From the NCBI GenBank assembly GCA_043743535.1, contig JAYTWI010000009.1:67407-131406 (forward strand): a stretch of DNA of 64,000 bases, read 5' to 3'. A program made the position numbers and the translations under genes. Source of the DNA: Candidatus Moraniibacteriota bacterium (lineage in GTDB: Bacteria > Patescibacteriota > Minisyncoccia > Moranbacterales > UBA1568). How positions within the stretch are numbered: position 1 is the stretch's first letter; each line of letters starts with the position of its first letter. The notes below the pieces were generated by a model. The model had not been told where the DNA came from. It saw only the letters and a program-made list of their open reading frames with translations, and made no database searches. Shown piece by piece: positions 7,953 through 17,498 of this stretch.

Positions 7953-9545
7953 ATGTATGATATTCTCATAAAAAATGGAACGATCATTGATGGTAGTGGT
8001 CGTCCGATGTACCGCTGTGATCTGGCTATCGTAGAAGATCACATAGTGGCGATGGGGGATTTCCCCCACGCGCGAGCGGAAAAGGAAATCGATGCTACGG
8101 GTCAGTATGTAACGCCTGGTTTTGTGGATGTCAATAATCACTCGGATACCTATTGGCAGTTGCTTTCCCATCCAGAACTGGAGAGCATGATCCAGCAGGG
8201 AGTCACCACGGTCGTCGGTGGCAATTCCGGCTCTTCCTTAGCACCTTTGACCGAGCCGGGAGATATTCGCTCTATCCAGAAATGGACGGATATCGAGAAG
8301 ATCAACTTCAATTGGCTCTCTATGAAGGAATTTTTGGGGGCAGTGGAGAAACGACGGCCAACGCTGAACTTTGCGACGTTGGTGGGACATGGGACGCTCA
8401 GGCGTGGAGCCATGAAGGATGAGACACGGACCATTACGCCGGATGAGATTGGGATGATGCAACAGTATTTCAAGGTGGCTATGAAGGAGGGGGCGATTGG
8501 TTTGTCGACAGGACTTATCTATACTCATGCCCGTGGGGCTGGCGTGCGGGAACTTACGACTTTGGCCAAGAGTGCCGGATCCTTAGGTGGCCTCTATGTC
8601 ACCTATGTCCGTGATGAAAAAGAAAATCTTGTTAAGGCGGTGGAAGAGGCGCTCGCGGTTGCGCGCGAGGCTGGAGTACCAATTCATATTTCACACCTCA
8701 AAGCGGTAGGTGAGAAAAATTGGCATCTGATGGATGAAGTTTTCAACTTGATTGAAACGGCCGCCCTCGATGACATTGCTGTGACCTTCGATGTCTACCC
8801 CTATACCTCGACCGGCTCAGTTTTGTACACGCTCCTGCCAGAATGGGTGACACAAAATGGCAGAAAAATGATGATTGAGCAACTGAAAGATCCACAGACC
8901 TACGCCATGGTTTTGCGTGATATGCAGCAGAAGAAAACGGATTATGCTCAGGTGCAGATTTCTTCTTCGGCCTTGAGCAAAATGCTCTCAAGGCGTCGGA
9001 TATCAGAGATTGCCACGCTTCAAGGAAAATTACCGGAGCAAGTGATTTTGGATTTCTTACTGGCAAGCGACGGACGTGCTATCGTGACTATGGACGTGCT
9101 CTCGGAGCGTAACGTTTTGAAGGCTATACAGCATCCGTTTTCTATCATTTCGAGCAATGGCGTTGGGTACGGTGTGGCACACGCTCAGTCAGGCGACCTG
9201 GTGCACCCGCGTAATTTTGGTACTTTCCCGAAGGTCTTTGCCAAGTATGTACGCGAAGACAAGGCTCTTTCGTGGGAGGAGGCGGTACATAAGATGACAG
9301 GCAAGCCGGCTTTGAAATTCAAACTAGAAAAGCGTGGATTACTAGCGGAGGGGTACTTTGCTGACGTTGTGATCTTTCACCCAGATACTATCTCCGATAG
9401 GGCGACGATGGAAGACCCGTACCAGTATCCGGCCGGTATCGAGTACGTGATTATCAATGGTACGATTTCTTTGTTTCGGGGGGTTTTGACTGGGCGACCA
9501 GCGGGCACTATTTTACGTCCAAAAAAAAGCTTTTTTAAGTGGTGA
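7953..9545 (+). CDS. Amidohydrolase-superfamily protein, N-acyl-D-amino-acid deacylase (D-aminoacylase)-like
   Basis: ILIKNGTIIDGSG...VTPGFVDVNNHSD at the N-terminus and a C-terminal beta-sandwich region match COG3653-like architecture. The first metal motif reads NNH rather than HxH. Confidence 0.65.
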   Translation: MYDILIKNGTIIDGSGRPMYRCDLAIVEDHIVAMGDFPHARAEKEIDATGQYVTPGFVDVNNHSDTYWQLLSHPELESMIQQGVTTVVGGNSGSSLAPLTEPGDIRSIQKWTDIEKINFNWLSMKEFLGAVEKRRPTLNFATLVGHGTLRRGAMKDETRTITPDEIGMMQQYFKVAMKEGAIGLSTGLIYTHARGAGVRELTTLAKSAGSLGGLYVTYVRDEKENLVKAVEEALAVAREAGVPIHISHLKAVGEKNWHLMDEVFNLIETAALDDIAVTFDVYPYTSTGSVLYTLLPEWVTQNGRKMMIEQLKDPQTYAMVLRDMQQKKTDYAQVQISSSALSKMLSRRRISEIATLQGKLPEQVILDFLLASDGRAIVTMDVLSERNVLKAIQHPFSIISSNGVGYGVAHAQSGDLVHPRNFGTFPKVFAKYVREDKALSWEEAVHKMTGKPALKFKLEKRGLLAEGYFADVVIFHPDTISDRATMEDPYQYPAGIEYVIINGTISLFRGVLTGRPAGTILRPKKSFFKW

Positions 9546-9650
9546 ATACCCCTTTTGCATCCTCCTCGTGACAGGTATCTTCAGTTGTGAGAGGATGTGA
9601 GGGTGACTCTGTAGCCGGTGGGTGCTGTTGATAATGGCTGCGGGTGTCCC

Positions 9651-11060
9651 ATGGATATGCAAGAATCATTTTTCAAGAATAAACGAGTGACGGTATTCGG
9701 CCTGGGGCTGAGTGGGGGCGGGGTAGGGACCGTGCTTTTTTTGGTGAAGCAAGGGGTTCGTGAGGTCATTGTGACTGATATGAAGAGCCGTCAAGAATTG
9801 GCGCCTGTCATCGCCAAGCTCGCAGCCTATAAGAACATCACTTTCGTGTTCGGTCAGCACCGGCCGGAAGACTTTACTCGGGTGGACATGGTGATCAAGA
9901 ACCCGATTATTCCTTGGACGAATGAGTATGTGAAACTCGCGAAGAGGAATAAGGTGCCCGTGGAAATGGATTCGAGTCTTTTTTTTGCCCTCTGTCATGC
10001 CACGATTATCGGTGTGACAGGGAGCAAAGGCAAGACAACGACTGCCTCTCTTATTGCTCATATTTTGGAGCAGGCTGGTAAAGCGGTTGTGCGGGTTGGT
10101 ATCAGTCAGGGGGGAGTGCTCCCCTTCCTTCAAAAGATTACCAAAGAAAGCATCGTTGTGTTCGAACTTTCTTCTTGGCGACTGTCCGCTTTGTCTGTGG
10201 TGAAAAAAAGTCCACACATTGCTGTCGTTACCAACATCTTTCCCGATCATCTCAACTACTATAAGTCTATGGCGGCCTATAAGGCTGACAAAAAAAATAT
10301 CTTTACCTTTCAAAGGAGCCGTGACGTGGTCGTGGCTAATTTTGCAGATAGTGCGGTGCGGGAAATGGTACAGGATGCGCCGGGGCAGCTTGTCTGGTTT
10401 TCGACTCTTGGGCCGATTGAGGGAGATGGGGCGTGGCTCGATGATGCGACGTTGTTTGCTTCTGTTCAAGGGAAAACACAGTCGTTGCTCCCGGTAGAAA
10501 AAGTAGCGTTGAAAGGCACACATAATTTATCCAATATTTTAGCCGCCGCCGCCGCTACTCTTGCTTCGGGACTTTCGCTTGAGCAGGTGCGTGCTGGTAT
10601 CAGAACGTTCAGTGGCGTTCCTCATCGTTTGGAAAAAGTTGCCGTCAAGAAGGGAGTCGTCTATTTCAATGATACGGCGGCGACTATCCCTGACGCGGCC
10701 GTGGCTGCTCTTCGGTCATTCACTGAGCCAGTTATTCTGATCGCGGGTGGCAGTGATAAGGAATTGGACTTCGAAAATTTTGCCCAGGAAATTCTTGTTC
10801 GCTCCAAGGGGCTGGTACTCTTCAAGGGTACAGGGACTGAGAAATTGCTCAAAGCTCTGCGGCGGGCGTTGCCAGAAGGGGAACGGGAAAGGAAATTTGA
10901 GATCGTGGAGACGATGGGCAAAGCAGTGGAGCTTGCTTCGCGCGGTGCTGAAGCGGGAGACGTCGTTCTTCTTTCGCCTGGTGCCACCAGTTTTGGACTC
11001 TTCCAAAACGAGTTTGATCGGGGCGAACAATTTCGCCAAGCGGTGAACGATTTGCCATAG
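9651..11060 (+). CDS. murD: UDP-N-acetylmuramoyl-L-alanine--D-glutamate ligase
   Basis: KRVTVFGLGLSGGG N-terminal Rossmann, GVTGSKGKTTT P-loop, GGSDK and Mur ligase C-terminal domain. Alternative GTG start at 9618. Confidence 0.85.
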   Translation: MDMQESFFKNKRVTVFGLGLSGGGVGTVLFLVKQGVREVIVTDMKSRQELAPVIAKLAAYKNITFVFGQHRPEDFTRVDMVIKNPIIPWTNEYVKLAKRNKVPVEMDSSLFFALCHATIIGVTGSKGKTTTASLIAHILEQAGKAVVRVGISQGGVLPFLQKITKESIVVFELSSWRLSALSVVKKSPHIAVVTNIFPDHLNYYKSMAAYKADKKNIFTFQRSRDVVVANFADSAVREMVQDAPGQLVWFSTLGPIEGDGAWLDDATLFASVQGKTQSLLPVEKVALKGTHNLSNILAAAAATLASGLSLEQVRAGIRTFSGVPHRLEKVAVKKGVVYFNDTAATIPDAAVAALRSFTEPVILIAGGSDKELDFENFAQEILVRSKGLVLFKGTGTEKLLKALRRALPEGERERKFEIVETMGKAVELASRGAEAGDVVLLSPGATSFGLFQNEFDRGEQFRQAVNDLP

Positions 11061-11109
11061 GGATTATCCAGCCCTCGTTTATACTCGGCCTGGTACAAAT
11101 GTTTTTTTC

Positions 11110-11160
11110 TTGACAGTATACCAGGAAATGGTATACAGTACCCCCGTAGGGTATATAATA
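11110..11160 (+). promoter_or_regulatory. Promoter/operator region: TTGACA -35, extended -10 TGgTATACA, two adjacent palindromes including a CsoR-type GC-rich pseudo-palindrome overlapping TATAAT
   Basis: TTGACA (11110-11115); GTATACCAggaaaTGGTATAC palindrome (11117-11137); GTACCCCCGTAGGGTATATAAT (11138-11159), which contains a TACCC-N5-GGGTA inverted repeat. Confidence 0.5.
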
Positions 11161-11439
11161 ATGGATGAGACTATGACGCTAAAAAAGACGTTGAAGAAAA
11201 AGGAAACCAAGTCGCCTATCGAATCTCGCCTTGCCCGTATCGAGGGCCAATTGCGGGGGATACGGCGGATGCTGGCGGAGAAGCAAGACTGTCTCGCTAT
11301 TATTACTCAGGTGACCGCTATTCGCGAAGCGGTAGCGATGCTCGGGGTGGAGCTTTTGAAAGATGATATCACCTGCAAGTGGGATGGTAAGCGAAAAATT
11401 GATGAAGCTTATCTCAAGTCGCTCTTCCGGATGCAGTAA
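11161..11439 (+). CDS. CsoR/RcnR/FrmR-family (DUF156) metal- or formaldehyde-sensing transcriptional repressor
   Basis: ~92 aa all-helical protein. RLARIEGQLRGIRRML matches the family signature. Conserved Cys residues at ...KQDCLAI... and ...DITCKW. Confidence 0.75.
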   Translation: MDETMTLKKTLKKKETKSPIESRLARIEGQLRGIRRMLAEKQDCLAIITQVTAIREAVAMLGVELLKDDITCKWDGKRKIDEAYLKSLFRMQ

Positions 11440-11472
11440 CTCCTCGTGATATTTGCTATATAAGAAAAACTT

Positions 11473-12708
11473 ATGAACAACCCTTTCGAAAACGCACAGC
11501 AGCAATTGCGAGCCATTCATAAAATAGTCGGTTTCGACGAAAACATTATGGTCCAGCTGATGAGCCCCAAGAGGGTGCTCGAGGTATCATTACCGGTCAA
11601 GATGGATGATGGTCACACAGAAGTATTTACTGGGTATCGTTCGCAGTATAATGATGCTCGTGGTCCTTTCAAGGGCGGCATCCGTTTTCATCCTGGAGTG
11701 ACGGTAGATGAGGTCAAAGCGCTTTCGGCGTGGATGACATGGAAGTGTGCTGTTGTTAATATCCCGCTTGGGGGTGGGAAGGGCGGAGTGATTGTTGATC
11801 CGAAGAAGCTTTCTTTAGGGGAGATCGAACGTTTATCACGAGCCTACGCGCGAGCGCTTACTCCCTTCATCGGACCTATGGTGGATGTGCCCGCGCCGGA
11901 TGTTTCGACTGATCCGCGCATTATGGGCTTCATGCTTGATGAATATGAAGAGGTGATCGGACGACGAGCACCTGGTGTTATCACAGGAAAGCCTCTTTCT
12001 ATTGGTGGTTCAAAAGTACGGGAGTATTCGACCGCCAAAGGAGCTTTTCATGTTATTGAGAAGGCAGTAGAGGTACTTGGTTTGACCCGTACCGCCACAG
12101 TCGCCATTCAGGGCTTTGGGAACGGCGGGAGTTTCTTAGCAAAAATTTTGCAGCAGGCTGGTTTCCTGGTGGTGGCGATCGCTGATTCCAAAATGACGGT
12201 CTATAATAAGGATGGTCTCGATATCACGGTACTGGAAAAAAGTAAAAACGAAACGGGTAGCTTCAAAGGCACGGGTGTTGGCGAGGAACTACCTAGTGAA
12301 GCAGTGCTTTCACTCCCTGTTGATATTTTGGTGCCGGCTGCCTTGGAGGATGCTCTCCATGAAGGGAATATGAAAGAGATTCAGGCCAAGCTCATTGTAG
12401 AAGTAGCTAATGGTCCAGTGACACCAGAAGCGGAAGAATTCCTGACTGGAAATGGCGTGATGATTGTGCCGGATATTTTGGCCAACGCCGGTGGGGTGAC
12501 GGTGAGTTATTTCGAGCAGGTGCAGAATGCGATGAATTATGCTTGGGAAGAAGAAGAGATTTTGCACAAGCTACGAGTGATTATGGACACTGCATTTGAG
12601 GCCGTGTGGCAAGAAAAGGAAACATATAAAACCACTATGCGTATGGGAGCCTATGCTCTGGCCGTGAAGCGCGTAGCTCAGGCTATGAAAGATCGGGGCC
12701 GGGCATGA
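11473..12708 (+). CDS. Glutamate (Glu/Leu/Phe/Val-family) dehydrogenase
   Basis: KGGIRFHPGVTVDEVKALSAWMTWKCAVVNIPLGGGKGGV catalytic-domain signature. C-terminal Rossmann GFGNGGSF. Confidence 0.85.
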   Translation: MNNPFENAQQQLRAIHKIVGFDENIMVQLMSPKRVLEVSLPVKMDDGHTEVFTGYRSQYNDARGPFKGGIRFHPGVTVDEVKALSAWMTWKCAVVNIPLGGGKGGVIVDPKKLSLGEIERLSRAYARALTPFIGPMVDVPAPDVSTDPRIMGFMLDEYEEVIGRRAPGVITGKPLSIGGSKVREYSTAKGAFHVIEKAVEVLGLTRTATVAIQGFGNGGSFLAKILQQAGFLVVAIADSKMTVYNKDGLDITVLEKSKNETGSFKGTGVGEELPSEAVLSLPVDILVPAALEDALHEGNMKEIQAKLIVEVANGPVTPEAEEFLTGNGVMIVPDILANAGGVTVSYFEQVQNAMNYAWEEEEILHKLRVIMDTAFEAVWQEKETYKTTMRMGAYALAVKRVAQAMKDRGRA

Positions 12709-12781
12709 TTTTCTGTGTTGGTTGAGCAGTCCTCTCTACCGGGAGGCAGGTAAAAAACTCATCAGTTAAGAAGTTATAAAT

Positions 12782-13708
12782 ATGTACGACGTGATTATTA
12801 TTGGGGGAGGGCCAGGTGGGGTTGCCGCGGGCGTGTATGCGGCACGTAAACAATTGAAGACACTGTTTCTTACGGAAAGTTTTCAGAGTCAGTCAACAGT
12901 ATCGGCGAGCATCGAGAATTGGATTGGGACGGTGTCCATTTCTGGTTGGGAGTTTGGTCAATCACTTGAGAAACACTTGCGTGTCCAAGAGGGAATCGAA
13001 ATTGTCGTTGGAATGAAAGCATCGAAAGTGACCAAGCGTGATGAAGGTGGGTATATTGTTGCAACCGAAAAAGGTGGTACGTATGAAACGAAAACAGTGA
13101 TCATCGCCTCTGGTGGTCGCCATCGTCACCTCGGTGTGCCTGGCGAAGAGAAATTCAATGGCAAGGGAGTGGTCTACTGTTCTACGTGTGATGCACCATT
13201 CTTCCGCGACAAGAAAGTGGTAGTAGTTGGTGGCGGCAATGCCGGATTGGAGGCCGTGGAAGATTTGCTTCCGTATGCCAGTGAAATCCTTCTCGTCGTT
13301 CGTTCAGGGGAATTGAAAGGTGATCAAGTGACTCAGGATACCATACTCACTTCGCCTAAGGTAACTGTTATGTACAAACAATTGACACAGGAAGTGTTGG
13401 GAGAAATGAAAGTGGAAGGCGTTCGTCTCAAACATGCTGAGACCAGTGAAGAACAAACAATCACTCTTGATGGAGTGTTTGTGGAAATCGGGATGATACC
13501 TAATACCGAGTTCGTAAAGGACTTATTGGAATTAAACGAACGTGGAGAAATCATCATTGATGGGCGTACCACCGCCACTTCTCGGCCGGGGATTTTTGCC
13601 ACTGGAGATGCCACTGATATGCCCTTCAAACAAAACAATATCTCAGCTGGTTACGGGGTGGTAGCCGCCCTCTCGGCTTACGATTTTATTCGCAAGGGGA
13701 GAGGGTAG
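12782..13708 (+). CDS. trxB: Thioredoxin-disulfide reductase
   Basis: IIIGGGPGGVAAG FAD motif, CSTCD redox-active CxxC, VVVVGGGNAGLE NADPH motif, ~308 aa. Confidence 0.8.
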   Translation: MYDVIIIGGGPGGVAAGVYAARKQLKTLFLTESFQSQSTVSASIENWIGTVSISGWEFGQSLEKHLRVQEGIEIVVGMKASKVTKRDEGGYIVATEKGGTYETKTVIIASGGRHRHLGVPGEEKFNGKGVVYCSTCDAPFFRDKKVVVVGGGNAGLEAVEDLLPYASEILLVVRSGELKGDQVTQDTILTSPKVTVMYKQLTQEVLGEMKVEGVRLKHAETSEEQTITLDGVFVEIGMIPNTEFVKDLLELNERGEIIIDGRTTATSRPGIFATGDATDMPFKQNNISAGYGVVAALSAYDFIRKGRG

Positions 13709-13804
13709 AAACTCTTTACAGAAGTGGGAAAACGTGCTATACTGCTTGTACAAATGAAAAATAGGTTGCCTCGACTAAGTCGAGTGAGCATCGTTAGAAG
13801 TACA

Positions 13805-13844
13805 GAAAACGGGTATTCAGAAGGAATGCCTGTTTTCTTTTTCT
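13805..13844 (+). terminator. Putative intrinsic terminator after trxB
   Basis: GAAAACGGGTATTC-agaag-GAATGCCTGTTTTC hairpin (14 bp stem, 2 mismatches) followed by TTTTTCT. Confidence 0.5.
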
Positions 13845-13895
13845 GGCAGGGGTTCTCAAGTTTTTAACTTGATAGTTTTCAGACAGTGGTGGGGG

Positions 13896-13924
13896 TTGAA
13901 ATACGGGCTTTCCTAAGCTATACT
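13896..13924 (+). promoter_or_regulatory. Putative promoter for murA (-35 TTGAAA, 17 bp spacer, -10 TATACT) with ~105 nt leader
   Basis: gTTGAAAtacgggctttcctaagcTATACT. Confidence 0.4.
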
Positions 13925-14032
13925 ACTTGGTGCCCTCCCGTAGGAGAAGCAGAGAAAAATTGGTATAGTGGGGTGGAGCTTCTGTATGCTTTTGTGTGAT
14001 TTTTTTAAGACATTGCGGTAAATTTTACGAGT

Positions 14033-15295
14033 ATGGAAGTTTTTGAAATCGAGGGCGGAAAAAAGCTTTCCGGCACAATCACGGTTTCTGGACTGAAGAA
14101 TGCGGCTACGCCTATTTTGGCTGCTACTCTTTTGACGAATGAAACGTGTGTCTTGAAAAATGTCCCGCGTATTGAAGACGTTTTTCGAATGTTAGAAATT
14201 TTAGAGAGCTTGGGAGCGACGGTCGAGTGGCGTGGGGAAAGCACGGTGGCTATTACCGCTCACACTATTGATGCTAAACGGATCAATCAAGAAGTGGTTA
14301 AACGTCTGCGCTCCTCCGTTTTTCTCTTGGGGGCGCTTTCGGCTCGTGTCAATCATTTTGCTATTCGTCAGCCTGGGGGCTGTGTCATCGGGGCGCGGCC
14401 GATGGGCACACATATTGATGCCTTGGAGAAACTGGGTGTCACCATTAAGGGGGATGGTAAAAGTTTCCTTATAGATGCCACCAAGAAAAAAACCGCCAAG
14501 GTAGTGTTGCGTGAACTCTCGGTGACGGCTACAGAAAACATTATGCTGCTCGCTGCGACTTTGCCAGGGAAAACCGTCATCAAGCTGGCCGCAACAGAAC
14601 CACATGTCGCCGACTTGGGGAAATTCTTACAGGCTCTCGGGGTAAAGATGACTGGTCTCGGCACCCATACTATTACCATAAGCGGCCAACGGAAATTGTT
14701 TGGTGCCACGCATACGATTATGCCGGACCACAATGAGGCTGCCACCTTTCTTGTCTTGGGGGCGCTCACGGGGAGCGAGTTAACCGTGAAAAATGCCCGC
14801 GAGGATGATCTGGATGTCGTTTTGGAGAAAATGAAAGAATTTGGCGTGACTTTTACAGTTGGTAAAAACAGCATCACAGTTCATCCGGCCAAAAAATTGC
14901 GGGCAGTTTCCAAAGTGCAGACTCAGACGTATCCCGGTGTCCCAACCGAAACGCAATCTCTTTTCGCCGCTCTGGCCACCCAGGCCGAAGGAGACACTCT
15001 TATTTTTGAAACGATGTTCGAAGGTCGATTTAACTATGTTCCTGAGCTCATCAAAATGGGAGCGCAGGTGGATATTCTCAATCCGCATCAGTTAATAGTC
15101 CATGGCAAGACCAGACTCCACGGGACGGTAATCAAAAGCTATGACTTGCGGGCCGGGGCAGCGCTCATTTTAGCGGCCTTGGCCGCACGCGGTACGACTA
15201 TCATCGAAGACATCTATCAGATAGATCGTGGGTATGAACGGATTGAGGAGCGGCTACAAAAAATCGGGGCACTGATCAAACGAGTGAATGTGTGA
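14033..15295 (+). CDS. murA: UDP-N-acetylglucosamine 1-carboxyvinyltransferase
   Basis: FEIEGGKKLSGTITVSGLKNAATPILAATLL matches the MurA N-terminus. 420 aa EPSP-synthase fold. Confidence 0.9.
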   Translation: MEVFEIEGGKKLSGTITVSGLKNAATPILAATLLTNETCVLKNVPRIEDVFRMLEILESLGATVEWRGESTVAITAHTIDAKRINQEVVKRLRSSVFLLGALSARVNHFAIRQPGGCVIGARPMGTHIDALEKLGVTIKGDGKSFLIDATKKKTAKVVLRELSVTATENIMLLAATLPGKTVIKLAATEPHVADLGKFLQALGVKMTGLGTHTITISGQRKLFGATHTIMPDHNEAATFLVLGALTGSELTVKNAREDDLDVVLEKMKEFGVTFTVGKNSITVHPAKKLRAVSKVQTQTYPGVPTETQSLFAALATQAEGDTLIFETMFEGRFNYVPELIKMGAQVDILNPHQLIVHGKTRLHGTVIKSYDLRAGAALILAALAARGTTIIEDIYQIDRGYERIEERLQKIGALIKRVNV

Positions 15296-15328
15296 AAAAC
15301 ATTGAGAAATTTTGTGATTTTATAGTTT

Positions 15329-16345
15329 ATGCAGTCAATATTTTTACCGAAAATCGGGATTGATTTGGGCACGGCCAATACCCTGGTGTTTGTGCCGGGT
15401 AAGGGGGTAGTCATTAACGAGCCATCGGTGGTGGCAATTTCACTCACCGAAAACAAAGTGTTGGCGGTAGGCAATGAGGCAAAGGAAATGCTCGGACGTA
15501 CCCCCGATACTATCATGGCCGTGCGTCCGCTCAAGGATGGGGCTATTGCTGACTATCGTATCACCGAAGCGATGCTCAAATACTTTATCGGGCGAGTCGG
15601 TGGCCGGATCCGTTTTTTTCGCCCGGAAGTCGTCTTGTCTATTCCGGCTGGTATTACTTCCACTGAACGTCGAGCAGTAATTGACGCGGCTCTCAAAGCC
15701 GGAGCCAAGGCCGCCTATGTTGTCAAAGAGCCAATTTTGGCTGCTATTGGAGCCGGTATCCCTATCCATACTGCGCAGGGCAATATGATTATTAATATCG
15801 GAGGCGGAACGTCAGAGATTGCTATCATTTCTTTGGGTGGGGTGGTGGCCTCGCACAGCGCCCGGGTAGGTGGTAACCGGATCGATCAAGCTATTTCCGA
15901 CTATATCAAACGTAAGTACAGTCTGGCCATTGGTGATCGTACGGCTGAAGAAGTGAAAATAAAGATCGGCTCCGCTATCGCCCAAGTCAAAGAAGATCAT
16001 ATGGAAGTGCGGGGGCGCGATCTGATGGGCGGCCTACCGAAGACAGTCAATATTTCGTCGAACGAAGTGACCGAAGCTATCCAAGATGAGCTGCGTGAAA
16101 TCATCAATGTCATTAAGCAGGTACTCCAGGAAACACCGCCGGAATTGGCAGCTGATATTATGGACAAGGGGATGGTACTTTCTGGCGGCACGGCGCAGCT
16201 TCGCTACCTCGATCAGCTCATTTCCAAAACCATCAATGTACCGTGCTATGTGGCTGATGATCCTGCCTTTTGTGTGGTCAAGGGAACAGGTGTCGTGCTC
16301 GAAAATCTGGATGTTTACAAGAGAAGTATAATGCTGGGGAAGTAG
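15329..16345 (+). CDS. mreB: Rod-shape determining actin homologue MreB
   Basis: IGIDLGTANTLV phosphate-1 motif, GGGTSEIAIIS, VLSGGTAQL. Confidence 0.9.
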   Translation: MQSIFLPKIGIDLGTANTLVFVPGKGVVINEPSVVAISLTENKVLAVGNEAKEMLGRTPDTIMAVRPLKDGAIADYRITEAMLKYFIGRVGGRIRFFRPEVVLSIPAGITSTERRAVIDAALKAGAKAAYVVKEPILAAIGAGIPIHTAQGNMIINIGGGTSEIAIISLGGVVASHSARVGGNRIDQAISDYIKRKYSLAIGDRTAEEVKIKIGSAIAQVKEDHMEVRGRDLMGGLPKTVNISSNEVTEAIQDELREIINVIKQVLQETPPELAADIMDKGMVLSGGTAQLRYLDQLISKTINVPCYVADDPAFCVVKGTGVVLENLDVYKRSIMLGK

Positions 16346-16367
16346 GATTGGTAGCGAAATATTTCTT

Positions 16368-17498
16368 ATGACTATCGGCATTGATGCCTCGCGGGCATTT
16401 TTGAAACGACGCACCGGCATAGAAGAATATGCTTATCAGGTGATTAAGCATATGCGAGGAGAGCTGTCTCATGAGGCGGTTGTTTTATATGTTCGTAAGA
16501 AACTTACATTCTCAGATGGTCGTCTCAGAATGGACATGCCGAATATTGATTTTGAGTTGCCAGAAAAATGGCACGTGCGAGGATTGTGGGCGCCACGCTT
16601 TTGGACACAAATCGCTTTGTCTATCGAAATGTTCTTCTACCCAGTAGACGTATTATTCGTGCCAGCGCATACTGTGCCCTTGCTCCATCCTAAGAAAACC
16701 GTGGTCACCATCCATGGGCTGGAATACGAATTTTGTCCCGGGTCGTATTCTTTCTGGGAACGACTCTATATGAGCCTCTCTATCCGCTATTCCTGTCTGG
16801 TGGCCAGTACTGTTATCTGTGTGTCGGAAAATACCAAGAAAGATGTGATGAAATTATATGGTGTGATGGCGGAAAAAATTCGGGTGATTTATGAGGGATA
16901 TGAAAGTAAATTTCAAAATCCAAGTGTCAAATACCAAACAAAACCCAAAGCTCAAAGCCCAAACGTCAATCCTTACGTGTTGTTTATTGGAAGATTAGAA
17001 GAGCGCAAGAATGTGGTACGGATGATCGAGGCTTTTGAAATATTAAAAACAAAATATCAAATCCCACACGAACTCATCTTGGTAGGAAAGTCCGGGTATG
17101 GCTATGAAAGAATCAAGCAGAAAATAGCGAGGAGTAAGGCAAAGGAATCACTTCGCGAAATGGGCTATGTTTCGGAAGAGGAAAAATGGGGTTTGCTATG
17201 GAATGCTGACATATTTCTGTTCCCCACTCTGTATGAAGGTTTTGGGATACCAGTTCTAGAGGCACAGAGTGTGGGGGTGCCAGTGGTGACATCTCATACG
17301 TCGTCTTTACCAGAAGTAGCCGGTGAAGGAGCAGTTTTTGTTGATCCCTTAAATGTAGAGAGTATAGCTAAGGGTATCTACCAGGTGCTTTCTGATCCGA
17401 ATGTGAGAAGTGGTATAATAAAAAAAGCGGTCATCAATGTGAACCGTTTTGGTTGGGCGTCGTGCTCGAAGAAAATTTCTCAATTATTGTCACAATAA
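16368..17498 (+). CDS. Family 4 (GT-B) glycosyltransferase
   Basis: C-terminal EGFGIPVLEAQSVGVPVVTS is an E-x7-E-like retaining GT-B signature. Confidence 0.8.
   Translation: MTIGIDASRAFLKRRTGIEEYAYQVIKHMRGELSHEAVVLYVRKKLTFSDGRLRMDMPNIDFELPEKWHVRGLWAPRFWTQIALSIEMFFYPVDVLFVPAHTVPLLHPKKTVVTIHGLEYEFCPGSYSFWERLYMSLSIRYSCLVASTVICVSENTKKDVMKLYGVMAEKIRVIYEGYESKFQNPSVKYQTKPKAQSPNVNPYVLFIGRLEERKNVVRMIEAFEILKTKYQIPHELILVGKSGYGYERIKQKIARSKAKESLREMGYVSEEEKWGLLWNADIFLFPTLYEGFGIPVLEAQSVGVPVVTSHTSSLPEVAGEGAVFVDPLNVESIAKGIYQVLSDPNVRSGIIKKAVINVNRFGWASCSKKISQLLSQ

Noticed and set aside
11110-11159. TTGACA (11110) paired with TATAAT (11154) as a single promoter
   Set aside because: The spacing is 38 bp, far from 17. 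It is more likely TTGACA-17-TGgTATACA, with the TATAAT belonging to the operator-overlapped region or a second weak promoter.
13709-14032. Possible SRP/6S-type small RNA in the 324-bp trxB-murA gap (GGTGCCCTCCCGTAGGAGAAGCAG resembles SRP domain IV)
   Set aside because: The gap is better explained by a trxB terminator followed by a murA promoter and leader. The conserved SRP motif (GGAAGGAAGCAGC / AGGUCAGG) is not actually present.
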